64,000 nucleotides of DNA, from positions 448,001 to 512,000 of the forward strand of contig CAVRAG010000008.1 of assembly GCA_963718895.1 (NCBI GenBank), given 5' to 3'. The notes under the pieces were generated by a model. It saw only the letters and a list, made by a program, of their open reading frames with translations. It ran no database searches and was not told the DNA's origin. This DNA is from an uncultured Nitrososphaerota archaeon. Its GTDB lineage: Archaea > Thermoproteota > Nitrososphaeria > Nitrososphaerales > Gagatemarchaeaceae. Every line of letters starts with the position of its first letter. The stretch's first letter is position 1. Of the stretch, positions 19,691 through 29,242 are shown piece after piece. A program made the translations under genes and the position numbers.

Positions 19691-20188
19691 CTAGGTCTTC
19701 ACCACTATTTCGCCTTGGTGGCTGGGGTGGTAGGAGCAGTAGTATGGGTAGACCCCAGGCTGAGTGAACGTGAAGGTGTACACTTGGTTATGGGACAAGT
19801 CTCCACCGGAGAATGTTCCGTTCACCGAGACCACATCGTGAACGATCGTATCCTGATTGACCCAGACCACAGTGTTGTTGACTCCAATCATGACCGTCAC
19901 GTTCCCGGGCTCGAACTGAGCGTAGGGATATCCCCACCCGTACGGTATGTAGACATAGGTCGCGTTGGGCGGAGGGACAGCCACAGAAGTCGTGGTCGTG
20001 CTGATTGAGGTAATGCTGCCATAGTTTGTGAAAGAGTACATCTGACTCGATATCGTCACCGTTCGTGAAGAGAGAGGATTGACGTAGACGAATGCGATCG
20101 TGGCGATGATTAGAATCAGAGCAACAAGAGGTCCTCCGTCGCGTTTGAGCGTTCGATTCCTTGTCTCGCGAGAGGTTTCCAAGTTCAC
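19691..20188 (-). CDS. Membrane-anchored cupredoxin (amicyanin/plastocyanin-like) with variant ligand loop
   Basis: N-terminal TM, W.N.D...HDV, YYCSYHPSHQG. Confidence 0.85.
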   Translation of the reverse strand: MNLETSRETRNRTLKRDGGPLVALILIIATIAFVYVNPLSSRTVTISSQMYSFTNYGSITSISTTTTSVAVPPPNATYVYIPYGWGYPYAQFEPGNVTVMIGVNNTVVWVNQDTIVHDVVSVNGTFSGGDLSHNQVYTFTFTQPGVYPYYCSYHPSHQGEIVVKT

Positions 20189-20407
20189 ATCTCACATTCC
20201 GATAGACTCGGTGTCCGTATTCCAGAAAGCGGTTTGATTCCGCATCGCTGCGTTGGGAGGTGTGGCTATTCCTCCGACTCCCGATCCTGCCTCGCCGCCG
20301 AGCGCGGAGAAGGATTTGTCTTTGCCTGGGCGAGCCAGATATCTAGTAAGGGAAGACAAGAGCTCCAATCACACTTCGGCGAGGCTGTTTGTCTATTTAA
20401 TCGGGAC

Positions 20408-20422
20408 GTTTACTTTTGTAAT
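20408..20422 (-). promoter_or_regulatory. ATTAC-N4-GTAAAC box upstream of a TATA-like ATTAAATA
   Basis: Minus strand reads ATTACAAAAGTAAAC; same motif at 25626, 26060, 29889 and 31603. Confidence 0.65.
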
Positions 20423-20566
20423 TCACGAAGCCCTGATGCAAGGTACACTGGCCAGTGATGCTTCGGGTACATGGGCGCTGCGCGATTCTCTTTGCTAATC
20501 TAACGGGGAAGTGAAACAACAGGATTGTGGTTGGACGAACTCATCGCGTATGCGTCGAGAGTGAAC

Positions 20567-21316
20567 TCAACTGTCCAGCGCTAAAGTGTGCGAGTGTTCT
20601 CTGAAGATTTCGATAAAACGCGGTATCAGTTCCGAGTTTCTTTCAATTGAGATAAGATACCGCGGGAGCCGCGATTCCTTGCCCTCCGTCGACGTACGCT
20701 CCATCATGAATGGCTCACCCCACACTGATAGAAGGCCCTCTTTGGATCTATCACCATTTGTGATTAACCCGAATGAGATATTTCCCAAGTCTTCTGCAAA
20801 GATAGGCTCCCCTAACTTCTCGCGCCCAGCATGATTCTCTAATTTTGGGGTGACAAACTTTTGCCAAAGGATTTTCTCAGAATTCCTCAGTACTATTCTG
20901 ATTCGAGTAGTTTTCGGATTAGATAATACGTCGCCCATGAAAGCATCAAAGAGAGTTTGAGATCTGAACATATCCACGCAAATGTTAAACCACCATAGTT
21001 CCCCCACGTTCTTTGCTGTGAATTGGCTGGTGAATGCAACGAGCTGATTTGAGGGGACTAACTTCAAGTCTGAGCTACCTACCGATACTTTGATAGCGCG
21101 AATGTCGTCGATCATCCCCAGTAGCGCTTCATGCTCCTTTCGTGCCTTTGCACCTTCAGCCGAACTTTCGAGCGCGAACACAGCAACTATCAGGAGCGTG
21201 AGTGAAATTATTTCCTGAATAGAAAGAACGCCTAGAGTTTCGAGAACTATGCCTACGACTGCAGCTATGACGAGAGCAATCCTATGCCATTCCAGATCCA
21301 TTCCGAGTCCTCTCAT
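20567..21316 (-). CDS. Hypothetical protein with two N-terminal TM helices
   Basis: 249-aa low-GC ORF, hydrophobic N-terminus. Confidence 0.65.
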   Translation of the reverse strand: MRGLGMDLEWHRIALVIAAVVGIVLETLGVLSIQEIISLTLLIVAVFALESSAEGAKARKEHEALLGMIDDIRAIKVSVGSSDLKLVPSNQLVAFTSQFTAKNVGELWWFNICVDMFRSQTLFDAFMGDVLSNPKTTRIRIVLRNSEKILWQKFVTPKLENHAGREKLGEPIFAEDLGNISFGLITNGDRSKEGLLSVWGEPFMMERTSTEGKESRLPRYLISIERNSELIPRFIEIFREHSHTLALDS

Positions 21317-21677
21317 CCGAATCCTTCGATAGTCGATTCTTGTGAGATATGTAAAACTACCGAAAGGTGTCTTCGATTTGCCTTGGGATCCACTGCATTC
21401 TAATTGGTTTTGAAATCCAAGAGATCGATTGTCATCAGATGCCTAGGATTTAGGTTCCTTCCCCCTCTGGTACTTCTTGTTAACTAGTTCAGGTGGGAAT
21501 TCTCTTTTAGCGTTTCGGTTCAGACCCATGGATAGCCTTGACAGGTAAGACAATGTAGAGATACTCCAACGCCTTGTCTACTTCCACTCCACCGCGGCGC
21601 TGTTTGACGTCATGATGAGGAATCCCCAAACGATTTGGGCCAATTCTTAAACGCACTATCAGAAACTAGGACAAGTA

Positions 21678-22172
21678 ATGAACTTGACCGAACTTCTGGA
21701 GGCGGAACATGCTTCTTTGCGCGTGTATTTCAGGCATCTTCGTTATCTGAATTCTGACTTTCTCTTTGAACTCGACGATTTCGTCACTAATTGCCATGCG
21801 AAAATCGAAGACGAAGTGGTCTTTCCGGAAATGAGGATGGCCCATGGGACCGAGGATAAGAATATTGAGAACATCACAAAGAGAATGGAAGAGGAGCACA
21901 AACTGCTTCAGATGCTCGGGAATAATCTGCGAACAATCGTCGCGGAAGGAAATGAGGAGCTTGACAAGAACAAGGTGCTGCTCTACGCGGATACCCTGGA
22001 ATCGCACAACTCAAGCGAAGAAACGCTTCTCTTCCCAAGTTGGGATAAGGTCAGTATTGAGAAGGAAAGTGAAGCGGCTTCTCGGGCTAGGGGAATCATC
22101 GACGGTTACGGGTTTGAACGTTATCTCAGGGTGACGGGGTTTTCACAGGAGTTCATGAACTTGCTGGAGTGA
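21678..22172 (+). CDS. Hemerythrin-like (HHE) domain protein
   Basis: L..EH, H...EDEVVFP, EEH, H...EE.LLFP. Confidence 0.85.
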   Translation: MNLTELLEAEHASLRVYFRHLRYLNSDFLFELDDFVTNCHAKIEDEVVFPEMRMAHGTEDKNIENITKRMEEEHKLLQMLGNNLRTIVAEGNEELDKNKVLLYADTLESHNSSEETLLFPSWDKVSIEKESEAASRARGIIDGYGFERYLRVTGFSQEFMNLLE

Positions 22173-22749
22173 CGTTCATTCGGAGATACCGCGTGGCTTG
22201 AGGACCCACGTCAGGCGGGCTTCATGGCGCCGTCCGGGGGCGCCGCACAATTCTGCCTCTTCGAACGGGGCTGGTGCAGGGCGAGGAAGCTCCCGACCAT
22301 GTGCGAGGCTCCTTTCATCGCGACAATCGGCGACAACACATCGACAGACGTCCAGCTCAAGACTCCCTACCTTCTCTTGGTGCCAAAGGCAGGCCGGGAG
22401 TGAAGAAACCAGGGACTTTGGCAACACCGCGCAAGCACTGCTGGCGCAACTCACCGGACCTTCGAAGGGCCAGTCCATAGAGGCGCCTAGGGTGGACGGA
22501 GTTGGCCCGGCGGAGCATCTCCTGCACGAACTCGTCTTTCTTTCCCCAATCCATCGAGGTCATCTGTGGCTGCTACGGCGTGGCTCGCTCCATACTTCAG
22601 GACACCCCCCGGGGCATTAACCCCGCCGAAGGTCGCTGCTTGTCAGCACCCATACGCGTGGGGCAAGATCTCATCGGCCCCACTCATTCTCGCGATTTCA
22701 GGCGTCTAATCCCAACGGCTAGAGAGAAGGAGGTCAGCCAGGGAAGGGG

Positions 22750-23352
22750 TCATAGCGCGTACCCTTTCTCTATCAGCAGGTCCCTGAATTCGTCCGATTC
22801 GGTGATGAATGGGTCAAGCGCAGCAAGAATGACTGCATAGACGAACTCCGTCGCCTCGTGGTTCCTCCTGCAAATCGGGCAGATCCTTTCCTCCCCCGCC
22901 TCGGGAAGATAGGAGCGGAGCTTGCTCCTCGACTTGAACTCTTCGAACAGGTCTGAGAGCTCCTTCAGCAACGGAGCCTTCAGCTTGTCCGTGAGGTCTT
23001 TCGTTATTCCCTCGTAGGCGAGGACGTTCATGAAAGGAACGTCTATCCTGTATTTTCCCCAAGTGGTCCTCTCGCACAGGTACCGCTTCTTCCTCTCCTT
23101 CGCTCGCCTCAGGTCACGAGGAAGGATAGAGACGAACTCTAAGCGCCGCAGTTCTTTGAGCGTAGAGTAGACCGCGGATGCTGGTAGTCTAAGCTTCTTC
23201 GCAATCTCGTCGGCCGAGGCACCCCCCGCGCCCGCGATTCTCACATAGTCGAGGATATTCCAGGTGCTCTCCTTCGAAAGGATATCGGCCTCCAGATAGG
23301 ACCGGACCGGGATGTGCGTGAGGTAGGTCTTCGAATTCTCTTTGGCTTCCAA
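22750..23352 (-). CDS. Winged-HTH transcriptional regulator with C-terminal CxxC-x3-H motif
   Basis: SADEIAKKL.L..SAVYSTLKEL.RL; CPICRRNHE. Confidence 0.7.
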   Translation of the reverse strand: MEAKENSKTYLTHIPVRSYLEADILSKESTWNILDYVRIAGAGGASADEIAKKLRLPASAVYSTLKELRRLEFVSILPRDLRRAKERKKRYLCERTTWGKYRIDVPFMNVLAYEGITKDLTDKLKAPLLKELSDLFEEFKSRSKLRSYLPEAGEERICPICRRNHEATEFVYAVILAALDPFITESDEFRDLLIEKGYAL

Positions 23353-23455
23353 GTTGCTCAGAATCCTGAATTTCCAGTGATTTTAGTTTTTCGGAACCTA
23401 AGACGTATATCTGGTCGGCCCTGCAACTCGTTGTGTGATACTAGGGTGAGCGCAG

Positions 23456-23704
23456 TTGTCAATCGGCATTAGCACGCGTCAGGAAGCAGAGATTCTGGAC
23501 ATCTCGGGTCGGATCGTCAAGGATATCATGCTCGACAACCCGCTCGTCATTCCGGCCGAGGGGATGCTTTTCACTGCGGCAGAGCTAATGGATCGAAGGA
23601 ACTGCAATGCACTCCTTGTGGAGGAGCAGGGAAGAATCGTTGGAGTAATCACGAGGAGAGATATTGAGAAGGCATACCTGAACTGGTTGAAATCCCACTT
23701 TTAA
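23456..23704 (+). CDS. Single CBS-domain protein
   Basis: VKDIM...AAELM...LLVEE.GRIVGVITRRDI. Confidence 0.75.
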   Translation: MSIGISTRQEAEILDISGRIVKDIMLDNPLVIPAEGMLFTAAELMDRRNCNALLVEEQGRIVGVITRRDIEKAYLNWLKSHF

Positions 23705-23983
23705 TGAGCAGTAGTAACCAATCTACACGCTCGGGCCGGGCAGGATTGAAATCCTGGTGTATTCAAGGCTCGTCCGATCTGAGCAGAGAAATCAATGGAT
23801 GGGATAAGAGGAGAACAAGTCCGTCTCGGCGAGGGCTTGGTTCCCCCTAGTCACATGGGGTTGAATCGGGGAAGTCGTTCGTGAGGATACGGTCCAAGGG
23901 CTGTGGGGGACGTCTGAGGCAGCCTTAACTTCCTCCATCAAGAAGGACGTGATGAAAAGAGGTACCGGATTGGAGGGACCAAC

Positions 23984-24571
23984 ATGACGTACAAGAACCA
24001 ACCGTCGGAGGCATCGACGAGCAGCACCGAGGTGAGAGCGATAAGAATCCCGAAGAGCATGGGGGAGATTCTAGAGACGGAAGCTCACGCTCGTGAAGTC
24101 AGCGTCAATGCACTGATAACAGAGATACTGAAGAAGTTTGTCGAGTTCGACAGGCACACAAACAGGTTCGAGTACATCTCAATCAGCCGCGAGGCCTTCG
24201 AGATTATCGTGGGCAAACTGGATGAGGAGAGCGCATTGAAGGCTGGAACCGAGGTAGGCGAAAGGATGCCGAAGGAGATAACCCAGTTCTGGTTCAAGAC
24301 ACTGAACCTCGAGACATTCCTATCGTTCCTCTCCAACTTCTCCAAGTACGCCAAACTCGCTCGGTACGACATCAAGGTCGACGGGAGGACGTATGTCATC
24401 TCGCTTTACCACGCGATGGGAATCAAATGGTCAATTTTCCTGCGCGGCTATTTCGAGAAATCGATTCCTGCAATCCTGGGCGTGCAAGGAAAGTTTGAGG
24501 TATCCCGCGATATGCTACTACTGAGATTCACGCTTCCTGAGGGCGTAAACCACTCAGTCCCGCGGTTCTGA
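23984..24571 (+). CDS. Ribbon-helix-helix plus ligand-binding-like domain protein (archaeal hypothetical regulator)
   Basis: RAIRIP...L..EA...VSVNALI..IL N-terminus; H.MG.KWS.F C-terminal domain. Confidence 0.65.
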   Translation: MTYKNQPSEASTSSTEVRAIRIPKSMGEILETEAHAREVSVNALITEILKKFVEFDRHTNRFEYISISREAFEIIVGKLDEESALKAGTEVGERMPKEITQFWFKTLNLETFLSFLSNFSKYAKLARYDIKVDGRTYVISLYHAMGIKWSIFLRGYFEKSIPAILGVQGKFEVSRDMLLLRFTLPEGVNHSVPRF

Positions 24572-24597
24572 GCAATAGTGAGACCGCGCTGTCGTCC

Positions 24598-25164
24598 TCA
24601 GTCGCCCCCTATGTTGCCGTGTCCACACCATCCAAACTCGTCCTGTCTGTTGTCACAAACGGGACATAGCTCGTCTAGGAACTTGACGTCAGCAGCTCGC
24701 TTGCCGAACCTTGCGAGGTGCGCGTCCACCAAATCTTCCACGCTCATGCTCCACCTGAAGCTGCTCTCTCCCTTCTCGAGCCGAATCATCGTTCCGACCA
24801 GGTAGGCGGCCGATTCTGACTTGGCTAGCAGGGGGGCGAGCCTTTCCTTGTACCAAGGCTCCAGTCCGGTCATATCCCCGGGGTTTTTGATCTCTTCAAG
24901 CGATGCTGCAGCTGAGGCCATCTGAGTAGTGAGGAGGTCTGCCATTGGAGAGCTTGCAATTCTCACGTAACTGGCAATCGCTTCGCAGTTCTTCAGGGCC
25001 GCTTCGGCGAGCCTGAGTCTTGTCGCGACCCGAACCGGCGCATCTGTCCGGTACCCGAGACAGTACTCGTGGAACGCTATCCCAATCTCAGACTTGGACC
25101 TCAGGACATCCTGTTCGAGCTCCTCGATCTGACCAAGTCGGCCCAATGTGTTCTCTCGCCTCAT
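24598..25164 (-). CDS. Hypothetical protein with C-terminal Zn-ribbon (CPVC...CGH), coupled to the ferredoxin gene
   Basis: ATGA overlap with ferredoxin stop; CPVCDNRQDEFGWCGH. Confidence 0.65.
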   Translation of the reverse strand: MRRENTLGRLGQIEELEQDVLRSKSEIGIAFHEYCLGYRTDAPVRVATRLRLAEAALKNCEAIASYVRIASSPMADLLTTQMASAAASLEEIKNPGDMTGLEPWYKERLAPLLAKSESAAYLVGTMIRLEKGESSFRWSMSVEDLVDAHLARFGKRAADVKFLDELCPVCDNRQDEFGWCGHGNIGGD

Positions 25165-25586
25165 GGTTGAGTTATCTTAATGCAGCTTGTGGGACAACTC
25201 ACCTCACAAGCCATGCAGAAGATGCAATCAGTTTCCCGGACGGGGTCAGACTTGTCGCAGCGATAGGCGACCCATTCGGCACTCCCCTGCGATACCTCCT
25301 TGTTCTTTCCAGTGCCTGCCTGACCGGGGTTGAGAGCCCACTCAAAGACGAAGACCGGGCACACGTCCATGCACACGCCGTCGGCTATGCAGTTCTCCCA
25401 GTCGACGCCAACGGCGGTGCCATGGATTCCACCGTTCGTCGGATACGCCTTGCCGTCACCGTCGTCCCTATGCATCCCGCCTGCTCGTATCTTGTGACCG
25501 AAGTGCTCGCCGCTGATGGGATACGCATCGGGTTTCTGCAAGAAACCAGGGTCTATTGGGTGGGTCTTGTAGTCCAGAGAGACCAA
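25161..25586 (-). CDS. zfx: Zinc-containing 7Fe ([3Fe-4S]/[4Fe-4S]) ferredoxin
   Basis: PIDP.F, GEH.GH, GIHGT.VGVDW, CIADGVCMDVCP, CIFCMACEVSCP; probable TTG start at 25586. Confidence 0.85.
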   Translation of the reverse strand: MVSLDYKTHPIDPGFLQKPDAYPISGEHFGHKIRAGGMHRDDGDGKAYPTNGGIHGTAVGVDWENCIADGVCMDVCPVFVFEWALNPGQAGTGKNKEVSQGSAEWVAYRCDKSDPVRETDCIFCMACEVSCPTSCIKITQP

Positions 25587-25625
25587 TACAAAATCATCGC
25601 GTGTTAGCGATGGTTTAACGTTGTG

Positions 25626-25640
25626 ATTACGTATGTATAC
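25626..25640. promoter_or_regulatory. Variant ATTAC-N4-GTA(T)AC box between the ferredoxin and DUF488 genes
   Basis: ATTACGTATGTATAC. Confidence 0.5.
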
Positions 25641-25670
25641 AGGTGTCGAGTTCATCCGTAAATAGCACGG

Positions 25671-26036
25671 ATGAGAGGATTGGTCATCCTGATCAAGATA
25701 GATAAGACCGTCTACGACCCTCCAGACCCATCTGACGGTAAGAGGATTCTCGTCATGCGGCTCTGGCCCCGAGGCATCGCAAAGAAGAAGATAGACGTCT
25801 GGATGAAAGACCTCGGGACCCCAAAGGAGGTCATCACCAAGTGGAAGGGACGAAAGATTACTTGGAAAACCTTCTCGACTGAATACGAGAAGAGTCTGAA
25901 GGGGAAGGAGGCGATTCTAAAAGAGCTGGCTGACGAGTCGCGCAAGAGTACGATCACCCTCCTTTGCACAGAAAAGGATGCGACTACCTGCCATCGATCT
26001 CTTCTCAAGGCTGCGATAGAGAAGCAGCTGCGATAA
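25671..26036 (+). CDS. DUF488/YeaO family protein
   Basis: VYDP...DG.RILVMRLWPRGI.K, W.KDLG, ITLLC...CHR. Confidence 0.85.
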   Translation: MRGLVILIKIDKTVYDPPDPSDGKRILVMRLWPRGIAKKKIDVWMKDLGTPKEVITKWKGRKITWKTFSTEYEKSLKGKEAILKELADESRKSTITLLCTEKDATTCHRSLLKAAIEKQLR

Positions 26037-26057
26037 TGGTCGCCGCAAGGCCGCAAT

Positions 26058-26087
26058 CAATTACAGGAGTAAACATACTCAATATAT
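26058..26087 (+). promoter_or_regulatory. Conserved promoter: ATTAC-N4-GTAAAC box plus TATA
   Basis: CAATTACAGGAGTAAACATACTCAATATAT, nearly identical to the minus-strand promoter at 29876-29905. Confidence 0.75.
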
Positions 26088-26112
26088 CGAAAGGACCTGA
26101 CGTTGCACTGGA

Positions 26113-26562
26113 TTGGTCAAGCGGCGCTACATCGGCATCATAGAGGTTGCTGTTGTCGTGTTCGTCATCGGCTCATTCTTCGCGTTCGCTAATCAGGCTC
26201 AACCCTCAACTGTTCACACTTCGACCAGTGTGGGAGAGATAATCGAGCCTGTGGGCGCTGGTCAGCCCCCCTCTAACTGGAGCTCTTCGACTGGTCCAAT
26301 CTACGCAGACACATCGTACTCACCAGATACCGTAGTAGTCGTGATAGGAGTCAACAACACGATTACTTGGGTGAACCAGGACTCGGCCCCGCATACTGTC
26401 ACCTTCACGGTTGTCCCTTCGGGGGTGACGGCGACGATAGATTCTGGGGAAATGGTGCACGGGGCCGCCTTCACCTATACCTTCCAGGTTCCGGGGACCT
26501 ACCTGTACGGCTGCACATACCATCCCTGGATGGGCGGCAAGGTCATAGTGAAGAACGCGTGA
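26113..26562 (+). CDS. Membrane-anchored type-1 copper cupredoxin
   Basis: N-terminal TM, WVNQDSAPHTVT, YGCTYHPWM. Confidence 0.88.
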   Translation: MVKRRYIGIIEVAVVVFVIGSFFAFANQAQPSTVHTSTSVGEIIEPVGAGQPPSNWSSSTGPIYADTSYSPDTVVVVIGVNNTITWVNQDSAPHTVTFTVVPSGVTATIDSGEMVHGAAFTYTFQVPGTYLYGCTYHPWMGGKVIVKNA

Positions 26563-26563
26563 G

Positions 26564-27601
26564 ATGTGTCAAAGACCCGTGCGCAGGCCAACCTTCCCAT
26601 CGCTTGTCAAATCGCCCGTGCTTCTAGGAATCGTCGTCTTCGCTTTCTCGATTGGATTCCCCCCGTTAGATGATCTCACGACAATCTACCTCACTCTTCA
26701 CATGCTCCAGCACACGGTGATTGTGGTCGCGGGAATCCTGATCGGGTACTACCTGTTCAGACGAGGGATCTTCTCCCGCCTTCGGGGGACGAGGGCACCC
26801 TCGATGGCTGTAGTCGGGATGGTCGCGCTCGTCATCTTCTGGCACCTTCCAATCTCCTGGGATGCCGCTATCCTCAATCCGGTCATTCACGCTCTCGAGC
26901 ACTTCTCATTTCTTCTGGTCGGCGTGCTGATCGGCTCGGTAGTTCTGATGGCCTCTGATCGCTCGAAGATTGGGCTCCTCATATTGGGTGCGGTCGGGCA
27001 GTTCGGTTACGGGTGGGCGCTCGTGTCCAATGTTCACGTCTATCCGCTGTATTCGCTATCTCAGCAGGCAGACTTGGGCGTGGCGATGCTGCTGGCCGGT
27101 CCCTTCTATTCAGCGGGAGCGCTGTACCTGGTTGCGAGGAACCAGGGATGGTTTGAGGAGAACCGACCAGGGTCCGTCACAAGGCTAGATGTCGCTCACT
27201 CATCAAAGCGGCGAGGGCTCGGCGTGGTAAGCGCTTCTCTGACCATTCTTCTGATAGCTACTCTGGTCGTTTACTACGGTGCCACCGCGACGGCCATAGG
27301 TTCCTCTCCTCGACAAGGATTGCCGGGCACATCCACCGTCTACATAGTCGAGACCCCACTTTCCTGGGGCTATTCCCCGCAAGACCTCAAGGTTGTGATA
27401 GGTGTTAACAATACGGTGACCTGGATCAGCCACTCGATCTCTTACGACACAATCACCAGCACAGGCGGTAACTTCTCCTCTGGACCCATAGCGCCGGGGC
27501 AGACGTTCACCTTCACGTTCTCAACACCAGGCGAGTACGGATACAAGTGCATCTACCACCCCTGGATGACGGGGGGAGTGGACGTTCTCGCCGGCCCTTA
27601 A
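26564..27601 (+). CDS. CtaG/DUF1404-like copper-insertion membrane protein fused to a C-terminal cupredoxin
   Basis: HMLQH, FWHLP, HALEHFSF motifs; C-terminal YKCIYHPWM. Confidence 0.8.
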   Translation: MCQRPVRRPTFPSLVKSPVLLGIVVFAFSIGFPPLDDLTTIYLTLHMLQHTVIVVAGILIGYYLFRRGIFSRLRGTRAPSMAVVGMVALVIFWHLPISWDAAILNPVIHALEHFSFLLVGVLIGSVVLMASDRSKIGLLILGAVGQFGYGWALVSNVHVYPLYSLSQQADLGVAMLLAGPFYSAGALYLVARNQGWFEENRPGSVTRLDVAHSSKRRGLGVVSASLTILLIATLVVYYGATATAIGSSPRQGLPGTSTVYIVETPLSWGYSPQDLKVVIGVNNTVTWISHSISYDTITSTGGNFSSGPIAPGQTFTFTFSTPGEYGYKCIYHPWMTGGVDVLAGP

Positions 27602-27650
27602 GGCGGTTTTTGCCTACCTTCACCTCGGAAATCCAGAGCCTGTGCCGACC

Positions 27651-29231
27651 CTAACCGTCATGAAGCTCGGATGTGGTCTTCGAACCTACTTGAGCAGCCG
27701 ACACAACTGGAACTTTCGGGCTTGTCGCTGGATCCACACTCAGCGACCCTCCCATCAACCCCTGGAAGGTGCCTCGCCATGCAGGCCCAAGCCCCGCCAA
27801 GATCTCTAACGCAAGCCAACCGGCCCCGATACCCAGGAGAACTATGAACGGGAACGAGACGAGAGAGTAGCCCTGCCACTGTGGGAGCCACGCGCTGTAT
27901 CGCCTCGGTATGCTCACAGCGCCGGCGACGAAGAAGCTGAGCACCATGCCCGTGCCTCCTACCACGTAAAACCACACTGCTATTCTGCTCATGCGGGACT
28001 CCACGATGCCCCCTATGTCCTTCACAAGGTAGTACAGGTAACCCAGCGTGAATATGGCGCTGCCCAGTATCATGTATGTGTGGAAATGAGCGGGCACCCA
28101 CATCGTGTTGTGCATTATCTGGTTGATGGGGATGACAGAATCCAGAATCCCGCCTATGCCTCCGAATGCCCAGCCCCAGAGGCCGACGAAGAGCATCAGC
28201 GCGGGGACGGTCCACTTGATTCCGGCGCGGTAGACCAGCGTGAGCCCGCCAAGGATGGTCACCAGCAGCGAAGGCAGGACCGAAAGGTCCGTGACGGCCT
28301 GGCCCAGCAGATTAGCCGCGGCGGGATTCACAAAAGCCTCGTAGGTGTGGTGCAGATATGCCCCGAGCACGAAGAACGTGATTAAGTTCCAGGCAAGGGC
28401 CGTGGGCCACGAAAGGTGCCATTTTCTGCCGACCAGCAAGGGAAGCACGGCGTAGACGACTCCCGCCGCCAGGTAGATCTGCAGGTTCACGTAATCGTGG
28501 GCGAACGAGTAGAGCAGGTTGTACATGGCCAGCGAGTTGAGCCCAACCACTAGGCCTCCAGCCTGAGCGTAGATAGCCAGCACGTAGATGGCTCCCTCGA
28601 GCGCACATGCTATCCCGATCACTGAGACCGTTGGTGCCACTATGTCAGCTGGTGTGACCTCAGGTTCGGGTTTCACCTTTCCGCCAGAACGGAGGAACCT
28701 CCAAGCCAGGAGGTTTCGGAGGCCTCCGAACTGCTTCCTGGCGGACGTGAGTATGTGGACCGAGTAGATCAGAAGGCCCACAGCGATAGCGGCGTAGCCC
28801 GCCAAGAAGGCCAGGGCAGACCAGAGCGTCCATGCACCTTGGGAGGAGAGTGGCAGCGGGTAAAGAACGGTGTATCCTGCAGCGAATCCTCCGAAGACGA
28901 CAGCGATTATCACGAAACCATCCCCGAGGGTGTAAATCAGGACTGCGCCCCAGAGCGTCCTCGCGCTGAGCTTGACTCTCTTGCTTGAGACGGCGGCGTA
29001 GGCGCCCATGCACAGGAGGAGGATTGAGCTTGTCATTCCTGCACCGTGTAGGGTCATGACCTGATAGTACAGCTCAGAGTTTAGCGTCAGTAGGCCGCCC
29101 TGGTCGAGCCGCATCACAACGCCGAGGAGCCCCATGAACAGGAAGACCAGGACGCTGACGACCATCGAGAATAGCGCCACCCTTACCACTGGCCCGTTCG
29201 ATCCATTCAGACTCTCGGGTTTTGCTTCCAA
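27651..29231 (-). CDS. Heme-copper oxidase superfamily subunit I, sNOR-type nitric oxide reductase (NorY-like)
   Basis: All six His ligands present (TLHG, AHDYVNLQIY, YLHH, PAHFH); Asn in place of the cross-link Tyr; probable TTG start at 29231. Confidence 0.82.
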   Translation of the reverse strand: MEAKPESLNGSNGPVVRVALFSMVVSVLVFLFMGLLGVVMRLDQGGLLTLNSELYYQVMTLHGAGMTSSILLLCMGAYAAVSSKRVKLSARTLWGAVLIYTLGDGFVIIAVVFGGFAAGYTVLYPLPLSSQGAWTLWSALAFLAGYAAIAVGLLIYSVHILTSARKQFGGLRNLLAWRFLRSGGKVKPEPEVTPADIVAPTVSVIGIACALEGAIYVLAIYAQAGGLVVGLNSLAMYNLLYSFAHDYVNLQIYLAAGVVYAVLPLLVGRKWHLSWPTALAWNLITFFVLGAYLHHTYEAFVNPAAANLLGQAVTDLSVLPSLLVTILGGLTLVYRAGIKWTVPALMLFVGLWGWAFGGIGGILDSVIPINQIMHNTMWVPAHFHTYMILGSAIFTLGYLYYLVKDIGGIVESRMSRIAVWFYVVGGTGMVLSFFVAGAVSIPRRYSAWLPQWQGYSLVSFPFIVLLGIGAGWLALEILAGLGPAWRGTFQGLMGGSLSVDPATSPKVPVVSAAQVGSKTTSELHDG

Positions 29232-29242
29232 ATCAGATCGCC

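Noticed and set aside
22176-22650. Cys-containing ORF fragments between the hemerythrin and wHTH genes
   Set aside because: No consistent frame or recognisable family; probably decayed sequence.
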